A stretch of DNA of 64,000 nt from Nymphaea colorata (taxonomy: Eukaryota): positions 35,898,001 through 35,962,000 of the forward strand of contig NC_045138.2 of NCBI RefSeq assembly GCF_008831285.2, read 5' to 3'. Shown piece after piece: positions 28,783-42,756 of the stretch; position 1 is the stretch's first letter, and the number at the start of each line of letters is the position of its first letter. Under the pieces are notes generated by a model. The model was given only the letters and a program-made list of their open reading frames with translations, did no database searches and was not told the DNA's origin. A program made the translations under genes and the position numbers.

Positions 28783-31700
28783 TCACACACTTTAGACATT
28801 TAAAAACCATAGTGTATTAAAAGTGAGCATATGTCGTATAAAATTGCCCACGTCATGAACGTGAAGCGCGACCTGTCCTACGGCACATTTTAATAATTGT
28901 TTGTGTCATTAGCACAAAACGCGATCTATCCTAAACAGATAAGGTGCTCTATTTCTATTACAGTGACGTAGGTGTGGACATAAAGTGCACATACAAACAT
29001 CACAACAAAAATATAGCAAACAAAGACATCTACAAACTAGAAAACCAAAATAAATATTACTTACCTAAAACAAGCAATTTTGCATTCTTTCTATACAATA
29101 CAATCTGTTTTTGCCTTTATTTTTATTGAAAATAGTTCCATATCATCATTCATTCACCTGCACAATAAAATGTAAATAAAAAATATACCATTTATTATTG
29201 CAACTAAATAATAACTCAAATAAACATTAACATAAAAAGGATGCAACAAAATACTTTACCTATTGTAATTGTGCTCTACGGCTTTTCATCTTGTAAAAGG
29301 CATCAATGATATCATCTGAATCATACATTTGAGCAATTTCTTTTTCAATATACAAAAGTAGACAATCTGCAAAGAATTCATCCTCCATTTTGTTACGCAA
29401 CCTTGTTTTAATAAGTTTCATAGCAGAGAATGCCCTTTCTGTGGTTGCAGTGGAGACAGGAAGTGTTAGAATGAGACTAAGCAACCTGTATACATAAGGA
29501 TATTCTTCACTTTTTCTACTTCGTATCAATACTTCACATACATCTGATAGTGTACCCAAATTTTGAAAACTTGGATGATGACAAATATCATTCTTGTAAT
29601 GTCTCAACTGATAATTTAAACTCATAAAATCTGAGTCAAGAAAATCTTCAGGATAGAACTTCTGTGCAAGAGTGTATGCATCTTGTGCATTAAACGACTC
29701 ATATTGATCTCTAGGGTTGAATGTCGACATCAAACGAAGTATTTCCATAGAATTCTCATTAAATCTATTATTCAACTCTACCAACTGAGAATCAATGGAA
29801 GCAATAAAAATATCAACATGATAATGATGTCTCACTGTAATGAAATTATGTTCACGACGAGAACGTGATCCTCTTACAAAATATTGAGCATCTATATCTG
29901 GAATAGGGATATCATGTGTCATACAAAATGCTCTCACAGTATCTATAAATGAATCACAACTAGTCTCTCTAAGTTCTTGTAGAAACTTTTTTGAATTACA
30001 AACCAAAACCATTGCATTTAGAATGTCTTGTCTTTCTCTCTGTAATGCCTGACAAAGAATATCACTCTGTCCCAAAATTTCTTGTACCAAATGCAAAATA
30101 AATTACAAAGTCAAATGATATTATCATTTTGTAAGCTGAATTACCTTCACCCCGTATTTGATATGTTGATCCATTATCTCTTAAATTTTCCAATACTACA
30201 CATGCTACATAGAACATTTTTATCAAACTACACACAGACGAAAAATGAGATCCCCATCTAGTATCACCAGACCGTTGTAGTGATCCAATTTGATTAAGTC
30301 CTCTTCCTGTCTGAAGTTCATCTGTAGCAATTCTAAATGCAATTTCGTTTGCTTGAGCTTCGTGCAATTCATCATTGCGTTTACTGCTTGCACTAACAAC
30401 ATTAATTATATATGTCAACTGTTCAAAAAAGCTATGAACATCAACAACTTCTCTTGAAGCTGCCACAAGTGCAAGTTGTAATTTATGAGCAAAACAATGA
30501 ACATAATATGCATAAGGACATTCATTCAAAATTAATGCTTGCAATCCATTCCATTCACCTTGCATATTACTGGCACCATCATATCCTTGACCTCGTATAT
30601 CTTGAATACTGAGATTATGTTGAGACAACAAAGTGAAAACTGCATTCTTCAATGTAATTGCTGTAGTATCCCTCACATGCACAACATCAAAAAATCGCTC
30701 TTGAACTTGACATTGCTTATTAACAAATCTAAGAACAACAGCCATTTGCTCTCTCTTGGTCTCATCTCGAGCTTCATCAATAATAATACAATATTTAGCA
30801 TCACCAATTTCTTCTATAATTTTAGATCTCACTTTACTTGCAAAAACATGTAAAATTTCTTTCTGAACTGTTGGTGATGTATATTTAGCATTTTTGGGGG
30901 CATTATCCAAAACAACTTGTGCAACTTTGTCATTATAATTAGCTAAAATTTTAATGAACTCAATAAAGTTACCTTGATTTAATGAACTTGAACTTTCATC
31001 ATGGCCTCTAAAAGCACAAGCTTGGAACGCCAACCAACGAACTGTGTCCACAGATGCCTTCAATCTCAAACGATTGTTGTAAACAAGCTCTGAACTTTGC
31101 TTTTCAATCATTTTATCTATGTGTACGCTTTGACGACTTAAGTCATTAAATGCTCGCACATTCATATTATGAGGCGAATTTTGACTTGTCCCTTCATGAC
31201 TACGAAAAGCACATGTTTTCTCACTACCACCCACCCTCTTCCAAGCTCTGAATCCTTCAGTAATAAATGGACTGTCATTTGAATGTGGAGTACAGAAAAG
31301 ATAACATGGTAAACAATATGCACTATCTGTCTTTGGAGAATATTCTAACCATGGAAATCTTTGAAACCAAGAACTTTGAAATTTACGAGGATGACTTGAA
31401 GAACCTGACACTGGATATCTATGAAGCTTATGCTGATATAACCCATAATTGATATATGCTCGCCTAACTTCATCTCTCTTATTTATTGGTATCTCCCATA
31501 TAGGACGTCGCAACCTTGGATCACGCACGATGCTTTCTACAGTTTCAATTTTTGAATACTTAAAAGGTGGAGAATCTGAGTAAAAAAGAACCACATCAAG
31601 AGCTTTTGGACTAGAACAACCAGCATTTTGGTCTTCTCCCTCCTGGTTTTCTCCCTCTTGGTTTTCTCTCACTTGATCAATAACTTGTTTCTTTTTGAAA

Positions 31701-33923
31701 TAATCTTGTATACTTTTCTTCATTTTCTCAATAAGCTAACACAAAAAATCTGAAATTTAAAATAGACAATAAGATTTATACACAACGAAGAAAGTACTCA
31801 AATTTTAACTTGTGAAAAGCAGGAATTTAAAATCAACCACCTTATAAACAATAGATAAAGAAAATTTACCTGTTGAACCTCTTGCACTATGTAGAACAAT
31901 GAAGAGTTGTTTTCTCCCCTCGCTAACTTGCTTTTCGAATTACCACAAGTGAAGTAAAGTCTGAAAAATAAAACAAAGAATGATTTTAGGCCTTTATGAA
32001 GCTACTTTTATAAATTCCTACAGATGCCATTTAACTTTTTTCACTTCTCATCAAATCGCCATTTAACTTAAAACATTTAAGTGAAATGACGGATGCCAAT
32101 CAACAAGTTCTTTCGCTGCTACTCTCCTATTTCACCAAGTTCTCCTACTCTACTAAGTTCATCTTGATGTGTTGATCATATTGCTGACTGGTGCTTCATT
32201 TTCTCATCTTTAAGACTACTAATGTCAGATAGTGTGCCTAGTGTATCACTAAATCCAAGGACAAAATCTTGATGATGTGGATCTGGGTTGTCCTGCAACC
32301 TTGTGCTTCTTTGAGTAATACTATGGACTCCTCTATGATTCATCCACACACATCATTAATCAAGTTGCAGTGTCATGTAAATGCATTATGTCACCAACAG
32401 GGCAGATATCACTACTCCATGAGAACAACACCAACAGGTTATACTGTGAAAAGAGTCATAAAGATCAAATTGTTGTTCTGTAATATAGCAAAAAGTCTGT
32501 CCAGCATTTACATGTGAAATCTGCCAATTTGGAGTTTTCCCTTTTCGTTAAAACAAGAGACAAGGAAAATCGAACAGTATTTTTGATGCCATTGATTTGG
32601 CTTATCTTTCTTTCTTCATTGTGGTCCAAACTCCAGAGAGATTAGATACAAGATTCAACACACCCACCAACTCTTCTAACTGCATGTATTCCCTTTTAGA
32701 GAATTGAACTCAATTGGTTGCCTCTGCAGTGAATGATTTTTTTTTAAAATTTTGTGTTGCAAAAATCCGTTGTGAAAGGTTCAATAGTGATGACAATTGC
32801 TTGCCTATGATTTTTTTAGTGACAGAATACATATTTTATAACAATTTTTAGAAACACAAACTAAAAAGAAAAAAAAATCATGTTCGACTAGAGAGGCAGC
32901 CTGCTGATTTGTCTTCCTCCTGAAATTTCAAGCAACTTTTCTTCCTCCTCAATTCACAGAAGTGGAAAATGCAACGTTTCTTTTTCCTTTGACTTAAAAC
33001 AAATTGCTGCAAGTCCCATTTATAAGGAAGTTCCAATGTTAATTTTATCTATTTATGTGAGTGATTGTATGGGGTATCCCAAATCCCACTTAAAGTAAAA
33101 AGAATGCCGTGGGTACTGGGTACTGAAAACATGACTGCAAAGTAAAAAACATGTGAGAACGGCAGCCATCAATGAAGCATTGAAGCCCATAAACAGTTCG
33201 TGGATGCAGAGAAAAATCTGCCAAGCCACGTTAAGATTGTGTTCACAAAACGTCAAAATCTTAGAAATTAAGACTAGGAAAAATAAATCACGGCAGGAAA
33301 AGTCATGGAAAACGATGAAACTGTGAACGATTAAGATTCAAAGTTAAAAAATAAATAATGTGCATAATAGAAATTAGAAACCCACGGTCCACCATAGACA
33401 AAAGAAAAATGACAGACAAGGTTAACAAAAAAGAAACACAAAAACTAAATGAAAAAAACGGCCCCACCATATTTCACTAAGCAACAAAAATGAACAGAGA
33501 AGAAAGTCAGGAAATGGCCCCACCTCTTCTTGAAGCTAGCAGGCAGCAGCGACCAGCGTGCTCGTGCTCAGCGCCTCTTGTCTCTTCCTTTTCGTCACGC
33601 TGCAGACCTTCTTCAGTGCGGTAGTCGGTGCTCCCTTTTTCTCTCACTGGTTTTCTTTATCACTCTCAGACCCTCTTCTTCTCTCTTTATCTCTCGTTTT
33701 CTCTCCCTCGTGCGTTTTTCCTTTTTTGAAAACCTAGGGCAAACAAAAGTGGGGCGGGCCATGGAGTTGGAGTTGGATCCAGGTAGGGGTTGGGCCAATT
33801 TGAACCCGGATATGAATACTACATAAAATTAATAAAATTTTTAAATTTTTATAATTAATTTTTTTTTTCCTCCACTTGGGGTAGGGCCATGGCCCAAGCG
33901 GGCCCCCCCTCCCTCCGCCACTG
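28680..33923 (-). mobile_element. hAT DNA transposon, 5244 bp, full length
   Basis: TIRs CAGGGGCGGAG / CTCCGCCACTG; 8-bp TSD CTGCTGCC at 28672-28679 and 33924-33931; empty paralogous site near 53310-53330; internal transposase. Confidence 0.93.
29260..31723 (-). pseudogene. hAT transposase (ZMYM1-like: TTF zinc finger, DUF4371, hAT dimerisation domain) with one frameshift
   Basis: ORFs 31723-30062 and 30096-29260 overlap out of frame; removing 1 nt near 30103 restores SFDFVFILHLVQEILG. Motifs WLEYS..DSAYCLPC, AFRGHDE, IDEARD, GQGYDGA, HCFAHKL, TRWGS, PVSTATTERAFS. Confidence 0.9.
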
Positions 33924-35282
33924 CTGCTGCCGATCATGAAGGTCCATCAATGGTATTGGCGTATCATCGAAAAAAACCAACATAGAGTAAGTATTTTATG
34001 GATGGCAAACCCCTGCCTATATAAATAAAATAATGGATGACATGAAGCCCCACCCCAGTGGCGTGAGCAGCAGAATGACAAGTTCATGTTGTTGTCATTG
34101 TTTCTTTATATATGTGGCGGGCGAGGCATGAGGAAAAGAAGAAGCACGTTATTTATTTTGCTACTTTTTTATTCAATATCATCAAGATTTGCCTTTGACG
34201 AATGAACATGTTTGATGAGAAGTGACATTCTGCACCTGGAAATACAATTTCACACATGGTACCACTACTTTAACTTCACCTGCTTTATGTCCTCACTACC
34301 AAGCAACCGGAGTTCAGGATTTTTAATTAAAAAAAGTTGAATTATAGTTTCTAAATTTTGATAAGGACCAAATTATCAATTTTGTAAATTTTTTATATAT
34401 AATAAATGAAAATTTTCAAAATTTACATGTACTTTTTTTTTTTAAAAAGAGGGGTCAAGGCTCTTGCCAGCCCTTTCTTGGCTTCTCTCCTACCTATACA
34501 TCATTTTCACTAGGCAACTGAAATAATTTCCATATGAAGAGAATCTGATCCTTGTTAATTTTTGTGTGTGCAATTGCCCACACAAACTGCAAACATTACA
34601 AATAAATTGAACTTCGTCATCACAAGTTCATTTTTAGTGATAAAAGGATATATCAGTTGATTTTTGATATATTATTAAAAGAATAAATAATTACAGCAAT
34701 ATTCGCAGCAGCTAAACTCCAAGCAGTTTATATGTTATGTTTAAAAGGACAGGGCATAAACCCTATCTTCAAACCCTGTTGTCACAAACCGGAGTCGTGC
34801 ACACAACGTATATGAAAAAAAAAAGAGGTAGTTGAGGTATTTTAAAGATTTTTTTTTTTTTAAACTTTTTTCATTACATTTCGAGGTATTTTACATGTTC
34901 TGATTTACTAATATAAGTTTGGGCTCAGATATGATTCTCTTAGTAGGGTCCAACCCGAACAAAACTGTTAGCTTCCTATTAGTTAAAGCCTTGGAAAAGA
35001 AGGGCTGTTTTGATGACCTTGGCAAATCAAGTCTATAATGATCCACTGTAGTTGCAACATCACTATATCGAAAACCAAGTACAACTTTTTTCCTTTTTCC
35101 ATTTAACAAAAATGAAATACCTTATATTGTAGTGTATCATAGATGAGAGTGGGCACCGGGCTAGTTGCGGCCTATAATTTTATTAATTAGAAATATATAT
35201 ATACATATATATATATTTATATATATATATATATAAAGTAACCTTTTTACTAACATTTAACAGAGCAGTGCCACGCTGAACC

Positions 35283-35376
35283 GATAGGGTCGGCCGAGCC
35301 TGAGCCCAAGCCTCCAAAATGGGGTTGGGGATAGGGTCGGCCGAGCCTGAGCCCAAGCCTCCAAAATGGGGTTGGG
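35283..35376. repeat. 47-bp tandem duplication
   Basis: GATAGGGTCGGCCGAGCCTGAGCCCAAGCCTCCAAAATGGGGTTGGG present twice head to tail. Confidence 0.85.
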
Positions 35377-36935
35377 CCTGCCTAGGCTAGACTTCAAATC
35401 TGGTGGAAGCCAAAACTCTAATGAAAATGAAAGAAATGAGGAAACAGGAAGCACATGGTTTGGTTCATCAGGAACCTATCCACCAAACGAAAGGAAAACC
35501 TCTCTCTTCCTCACTTTCTTTGTTCAATAGCAAATAAAAATTTAAGTACAAGAATTTTTTTCTTCCCATTCTCTTTCTATAGTTATCATGGAGTTGCTTG
35601 TGAGTTGTGACTATAAACAAAGTTTGAACAACCATTTCTTTAACATATAAACAAGGGAAATGTGTCTAGATGTGTTAAAGTGTCCAATGAATTTAACTAA
35701 TTTTTGGGTTAGATGCATGTATCCATATATTATTGTTCTCAAACCACCCCTTATGAAACACTATATTTCATTTTTTGTCACGTAGTGTGTGCTTAAATTA
35801 TGAAGTGCCATAGCTAGGGGCCTGGCCATCCGCACACCCCTTTTGAGATTTTAAAATTCAAGATTTACGTATTATATTTTCAAAAAACTTTGTTTGGCCC
35901 TTGTGAAAGTTTTGAAAACTATAATGAACCCCTTTCAAAAAAAAAAAAAAATTGTACCCCCTCCAACAAAACAAGAAAATCTCAGCTCCACCACCGGATA
36001 GGATAATGTGAAACTTTTAATTCCAATATATATCTTGGAAAACTCAAATTAACAAGGCCAATTCTGTTGAAGTGGACTCTATGGAGAAATAAATGTTCAG
36101 CCTTTTACAATAGATCTACATACTCGTTTTTTGCTTCTTGAAGTTCTAAGATATGCACAATGTATAACTGAAAGTGGATCCTTTGGAAGTTCATTCTTTC
36201 TTCTTCACTGCGTCCCGCGTTAGACACCCAGTGGCTGGAGACTGGAGACTAGTGATTGATGTTTGGGGACCAGCGACGGCAGAAATGGCTGTCACCAACC
36301 AACCACCACGTGTGACTGACTGAAATGTTTTGAGATGATGGATATTTTTATCTATTTCTTTTTTGTTTTAGGTTTTATTTTTATTTATCAACAGAAAAAT
36401 CAGTGGCCAGCGATTTCTAGTTATCTCTCTTTCTGCATTGAAACCCTTTGTCGTGATTGTAGGTTCCTGAGAACCTGAAAAAGAGGGAGCTGAGACTGTC
36501 GTCGTCATCTTTAGGAGGTCTTGCACATCGTTCTTTCTTCTTCACTGCGTCCGGCGTTAGACGACCTAGAGACTAACGAATTGTGGTTGGAAACTGGCAA
36601 TTAACGTTTGGGGACCAGCAATGGAAGAAATGGCTGTCACCAACCACCGGTGACTGATGAAATGTTTTGACATGATGGGTATTTTTTTTTTAGGTTCTAT
36701 TTTTATTTATCATCGAAAAGACCAGCTGCCAGCGATTTCTAGTTATCTCTGTCACCATTGGCATTGAAATGAAACCTTTGTCGTTATTGTAGGTCCCCGA
36801 AAACCCAAAGAGAGGGGACTTTTGTTGATCGGTTGGTGGCTGAGATGTATTGTCTGGTTAGGTTGAAGCTTGGGAGGAGGGCTGCTGACATCTGTTAGTT
36901 ATATTTACTTTAGAGAGAGGAAATATGAAACTGAC

Positions 36936-37168
36936 CTATGTCACTTTAGTGCTCGGTTCCGTGTTGATGCGGGTGCTGGTGCCAGTGTTGGTACAGGTGC
37001 TGGAACGGTGCAGTGATGGTATTTTATTATTATTTTTTTTCAATTTATTATATATATAACAAAATAAAATTTAATAATATGACATTTTAATTAGGCTCGG
37101 ATGTGAGTTGGAGCTGCACCCATGTCCGGCACCCGACTTAATGACTTAATGCGGACTCCCGTGACTTA
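36936..37168. mobile_element. hAT-type MITE (CTATGTCAC termini), degenerate
   Basis: Starts CTATGTCAC, ends GTGACTTA; near-TSD AAACTGAC/AAGCTGAC; absent at paralogous positions ~55050 and ~57020; same family as 51342-51667. Confidence 0.65.
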
Positions 37169-37202
37169 AAGCTGACTCTAAACAGTGGGGATAAGTGGTC
37201 AC

Positions 37203-37428
37203 CTGGTGCGAGTGACCGAATGAAATCATCAGTCCATTCAACGGTCTTAAAATCGGCAGTCTGCCTTAAAACTCTCGAGCATCTTTCAACTGTGGAGAAC
37301 ACTTTGTTTAAGGGAAGACGGTATGGCCGCAGCTGGTGTGGCTTGCTTTCCGAAGCAAACGACAAACTTACAGAACTAGTTCCCTGACGGAAGCACAAAA
37401 AGGGTTCCATCGAAACGAAACTTCCCAT
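37203..37428 (-). pseudogene. Orphan TPS first exon (transit-peptide-like plus RRx8W), copy A
   Basis: Ser/Arg-rich N-terminus, then RQTADFKTVEW-TDDFIRSL, then donor CAG|GTGACC; no adjacent exon 2 in this orientation. Confidence 0.75.
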
Positions 37429-38488
37429 TCTGCGACAGTTGTTGTGCTCTGCTTACTGGGGTAGAGCCCTTGGACTTGCCGCTGCTACAGTCTGGAAAAT
37501 TGATAAGCTTCTTGCCAATTTTGTTTGGGCTGACACTGATCACCAGCGGCGGGGTCATCAAGCTCAGTTGGACATATGGGCGGAGTAGAAATTTTTTAAG
37601 AGAGAACAAGTTTTTAACAGAGAAAATATCATTTTTGTAGTTGGACAACCTTGTGTAAGCCGGTTGGTGAAAGGGGAATCGACATCCATACTCTCAATAG
37701 GGCTGTGTTGATCCGATGGCCATTAATGGTGGAAGAAATACCTCCCTCTTAACAGCCTTTGGGTACCAAGTCTGATGACTGAAATTATTGTCAGAAGACA
37801 AAGAACCGCATCAACGTCCCTTGCCCACACATGAGGGCACGCACAAACTCCACGCCAGGAAAAAAAAAAAAAAAAAGCCTCAGCAAAAAAAACTTGGTGC
37901 ATGCTTGTCACATGGAAAAGTACGTCTGATCAATTGTCATACTTTCCGGATGTTTCTAAAATTATCATGCATAAGATCAATTGTCACATGGAAAACTTTA
38001 TTTCGGTCTTTATTAAAGTTATCATACTTTCTGAAATTGTTGTGAATCTCCGTTTCCTGATCACCAACTTCGCAAATTAACCTTTGAAATTAACATATAT
38101 TTTAAAACGAACCAACGTGTGTATATAGGCTATAGAAAAAACTTAAATTTAAAATGATTTTCAATTTGTTTTTTATTAGTATGTTAGCCGGATATGGAAT
38201 TAATGCACGTTTTGGCCGATCACATGGTTTGATTCAATCTCCTATATTCTGATTTTATAAACCTGCCGATTGGCAGTGTATCTGCCTATACATTAACGTT
38301 CTATATTTTCCTCATTTCGAATTGATGTCTGACGTTGGGATGCGGGTCCAAATTGTCTAGCTAAGGAGAAAAGATATGCACATGCTTTTCTATGATTGCC
38401 TACAACGAGGTTCCAAGAAAGCGGGGATCATCACGAGAATCACATTTTCCGGATCCTGCAGTGCAGACGAAGGTTGGTCGTCTTGTTC

Positions 38489-38496
38489 TATATAAA
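38489..38496 (+). promoter_or_regulatory. Candidate TATA box of + strand TPS (paralogous TATAAA at 58691)
   Basis: TATATAAA about 110 nt upstream of the ATG at 38604, conserved upstream of the ATG at 58804. Confidence 0.5.
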
Positions 38497-41400
38497 TGAA
38501 TTAGAGGCTCGTTCCTCCAATTCATTGGGAATTGGGCTCTAGTTCCACACAACCGACGCCCGCCTTTGAGTCTTTTCATCGAATTGGTTCTTCTGTTGCC
38601 AATATGGTTCAAGGTTTAGGTTGCAACATCTCCATCCTTAAAACTGAGGAACTCAAGGAGAAAGTAAGGAGGAAGTTCAATGATACCAACGACGAGTCGG
38701 AGCTCTTGAAATCTATCGACTCTCTCCATCGCCTCGATGTTGCTTACCACTTCTCTCAAGAGATGGAAACTAAGTTGAGCTCCATCTACCATAAATTTAT
38801 GGAAGATTCGACACTGACGATCATGACTTGCATTCAGTAGCCCTTCGATTCAGACTCTTACGGCAGCATGGCTTCTGCGTCTCCCCAGGTGAATCCAATC
38901 CAAGCCGGATTGTTCTGACCCGTCTTCAATTTCCACCACTCCCTTGGTCATGTTTTCCTCCCCTGCATTGTGCATTAAAAAATACAGAGTTTCATGCAGT
39001 TAGCCTCAGGTGAATAGCATAGGTGGGCAGGGTAGGAGGCGCACGCAACTTACACACGCAGTAAAAGTGGACGGACGTTTGTGAAATTTTTTTAAAAGAA
39101 ATATTCTTTCTTGTCTTCATCCTTTTTTTTTTTTTACTGAACGTATTTAACCATACTAAAATCATGCACCAATATTATGCATATAACCAACTTCGAGCTG
39201 TCATGCGTCTTAGTTAGATTTTCATGGACACTATACCTCTGCATTTAAATGGCGGGGGTACACTACATAACTAAAAAGGGAGTATCAGTGTGATCCTTAA
39301 AAGAGAGTATCACTGCGATCCCTAACAGCCACCTAGCTCAAGACCTTCAAAGCAAAGAGAATGGAGAGACTTCGAGGTCTCATTAGGATGGTGGGTCGTA
39401 ATCTTCTCACTTGCCTGTCAAATAGCAGCAGTCACAGCTTTAGGAGTCATTAACCGTCAAAATTTAATACTAAAGAATTTTATAGCTCTGTATGTGATTT
39501 TAATGGCAGATCTGTATGTACAACAAATTGATGTGGGGAAGTCTGGTTGATGGACACGAAGTAACAGAAAATATTGGACAATCGATCGTTATCAAGATGC
39601 ATTCAAGAAAAGATAGCATGCATCACACTCGCAACTTTTTCCTTCCCTTTCGTAGCGGGCTAGTTGAACTAATTCTTTCTTATTTTACGACGTAGATGTA
39701 TTTCAAAGGTTCAAGGATGAGGAAGGGAGATTCGACCTCGGTTTGGCAAAAGATGCAAGTGGTTTGATGAGCCTGTATGAAGCTGCACAGCTTGAACATC
39801 CAGGAGAAGACATCCTCGAAGAGGCCAAAAACTTTGCTACATCACACCTTCAGGCATTAGTTCCATTTCTTGAACCCTCTCACGCCAAGCAAGTAGAGCA
39901 TGTGCTAGAGCACCCTTTCCATAAGAGCTTGCCTAGGGTTGAGACAAGACGTTGGATAGACATTCTCCGAGATGGCTGCGAAATAGATCGAGATATGGTA
40001 GATCTAGCGATATTGGACTTCAACCACGTCCAGTCCATTCACCAAACAGAGCTTAAAGAATTTTCTCGGTAAACCTTTTTCATTCTTTCTTTGGATCTTA
40101 CACTCTCGTCTTCTCATCGCTTGTTTTGAAAAAAAAAATAATAATAATTGATGTGCTGCGGTTAACATATATTGCACGATCTAATATACTCGAGGAATTC
40201 TTGAAGGTGGTGGGAAGAGACAGGAATAAGTAAGGAAATGGGATCTCTTGTAAGGAACCAACCTATGCTTTGGTTCATGTTATCCTGTTTGGCGTTGCCA
40301 GAGCCACAGTTCTCAAGGTGCAGGATTGAACTTGCCAAACTTACAGCGATGGTCTTTGTAATTGATGATTTCTTTGATGTTTGTGGAGAGTTTGAAGATC
40401 TGGTCCTCTTCACTGAAGCTGTCGACAGGTAAACCATTAATCTTGTAAGGCCAACATATATATTCACATCGATTAGTTGCATTCGTCTCAATTAGACCAG
40501 GTGAAATTTTCACTTATGGGTAATAGTACTCTTCAAAAATGGACTTGTGTGAAGCCCACAATGTAGATCGGTGGTCCATGTGATGAAGTCATCGATCAGT
40601 CTCATTAAGTTTGTCATTGTTCATGTTCCTTAGCACTGGTTGGCCATCCTGGCTCTGTAAAATTCAGACACGGATCCAAGATGTAAATTTGGTGACACCA
40701 AACAGATCTAACATGCAACATGATCAAGCGGCTAATTATTTCTAGATATATATTTGATATTGCATTTACTGACTGTTTTCACTGATGAATCACAATTGGA
40801 TTTTCAGTTTGGACCCAACATCTGTGGAGCCGCTTCCCAACTGCATGAACTTGTGCTTCGTGGCTTTAATGAACGTAGTGAAAAACGGAATTGGATTTTT
40901 GGCCCTTAAACCGCAGGGCAGCGTCGACATACTCCATCGTTCCAATGCAATGGTATGGCTGCCAATTCTTTCATGTCTTCTACAATGCGTTTGTTTGGTC
41001 ATGTCCACCAGTCTTCATGTTCCATTTATTAAGTTTACCCATCAATATTTCTTCGTCCCGATACTTATGTTTAGGCATTGGAAGGGACGTGTAGCAAATT
41101 CCTTCAAATCAACAAGCAATAGTTACCAATTAAAGCACATCAATTCAGACACCCAAGTGTTGATGCTTTTAGTTGCAAAAAATTTGAAGAGAAACCCAAG
41201 TGTTGTGATGCTTTTAGTTGTTCCATACAATTCAAACACCTTTACGGGTCTCTCTTTTCGTGTGGCAAGTATTTAACTTGTCGAGTACGCATTTAACTTG
41301 TCAAGTACGCGTTCTTGATGTTAGAAAGAAGGCTTTTTTGATCTAAGAAAAAAAAGATGGAAAAGAAAAAGTGATCCTACGAGAATGACGGTATGAATAG

Positions 41401-42756
41401 ATCGATGGGACCACAAATGAAATGAATGAAACGTGCGAGAGGAAAACAGCGTTTTCTTGAATACGCAAAACAGGCTTTCCACGTTCAAGGAGTTGCTTTT
41501 AATGTTTATATATTCATCAACATTTCATCTATTTCGTTTGAACATAACAAAGGGAGTCACTTCACCAAATTAATTTCTCTATAAATTGTCATCAATTATT
41601 GAGCACGAGGTTTAATTGTAAATATGGGGATTTTGCTTCTAAATATTCCTTTTTATGCAAGTTTGTGCAAGCTACAACTGCTATTGATTAGTATCCCCAA
41701 AAGTGAAAAACGTAAATAAGCATTTTGTCACGTAGCATTAACGTTACACAGAACACCAATGTCTTTGCATTTTGCCATATGATTGTATATCTTAAACGAT
41801 GAATATATGTCACAGTCGTTTGATGCAGATTTATAATAATCTTAGAGCTTTTACACCAGCTGATTGTTGATGGCCCCAAATCACCAGCACTACTAAGGTG
41901 GTTTAATTTTGAAACTTGCAGTGGGGGTCTCTCTGCAATGCTTTTCTGCAGGAGGCGAGATGGTTGAGATCGGAGTATGCACCAACTGCAAACGAGTACC
42001 TAAGGGCCCGTTTGATGGGCAGATGAAATTTAACGCGGTAAATTTACCAAGGTAAATTTTTCTAGAAAAATTTAGTGGATGAAATTTTACCCTCTTCCAA
42101 AACGAGGCCCTGTTTGATTGTCGGGTGAAATTTAACGTGGTAAATTTAACCATGTTTGATGAACATGAAGAATTTAACGTGGTAAATTTAACCATGTTTG
42201 ATGCACAGGGAAAATTTAACCTGGAAAATGTTGTTTTTTTTCTCCTCCCCAATTCCACTTTGGAAGGAGTAAGAATGCTAACTTACAAAACAACAAAAGA
42301 TCACCACTCAAATAAATGCCACAAAAGCTTGTGTTTCGAAGTAGAAACATCTAACGAGAAAGATCATCACCTCATCACCGATTCTTATATGTACAGATTA
42401 CCCAAGCACACCACCAAACGAGAAAGATCATCACCTCATGAAACCACCACCAAGCCAAAACCAATAAACAAAAAATGGACTGTAGAACCCATATATTTCT
42501 TCATCAATCATCCCAAAACAAATCACCATACAGCCAGTTCATTAAAAGACACGGCCATTCACACGATATATATAACAAAAGGCAAAAAAAAATATCTAGC
42601 AACACATTACAACAGAAAACACCTTCTTAACTTAATCTACAACTGCAAAAGTTATATATTTGTTCCTAAAAACATTACACAGAAAGTGTCCACAAAAGTT
42701 ACATGAGTACGAATCCACAAAATGGTGTACTTTCTACTAAGAAGAAAAAACAAAGT

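Noticed and set aside
42125..42706. 193-aa + strand ORF with repeated FNVVNLTMFD
   Set aside because: Translation of Harbinger subterminal repeats and antisense 3' region; non-ATG start, no domain.
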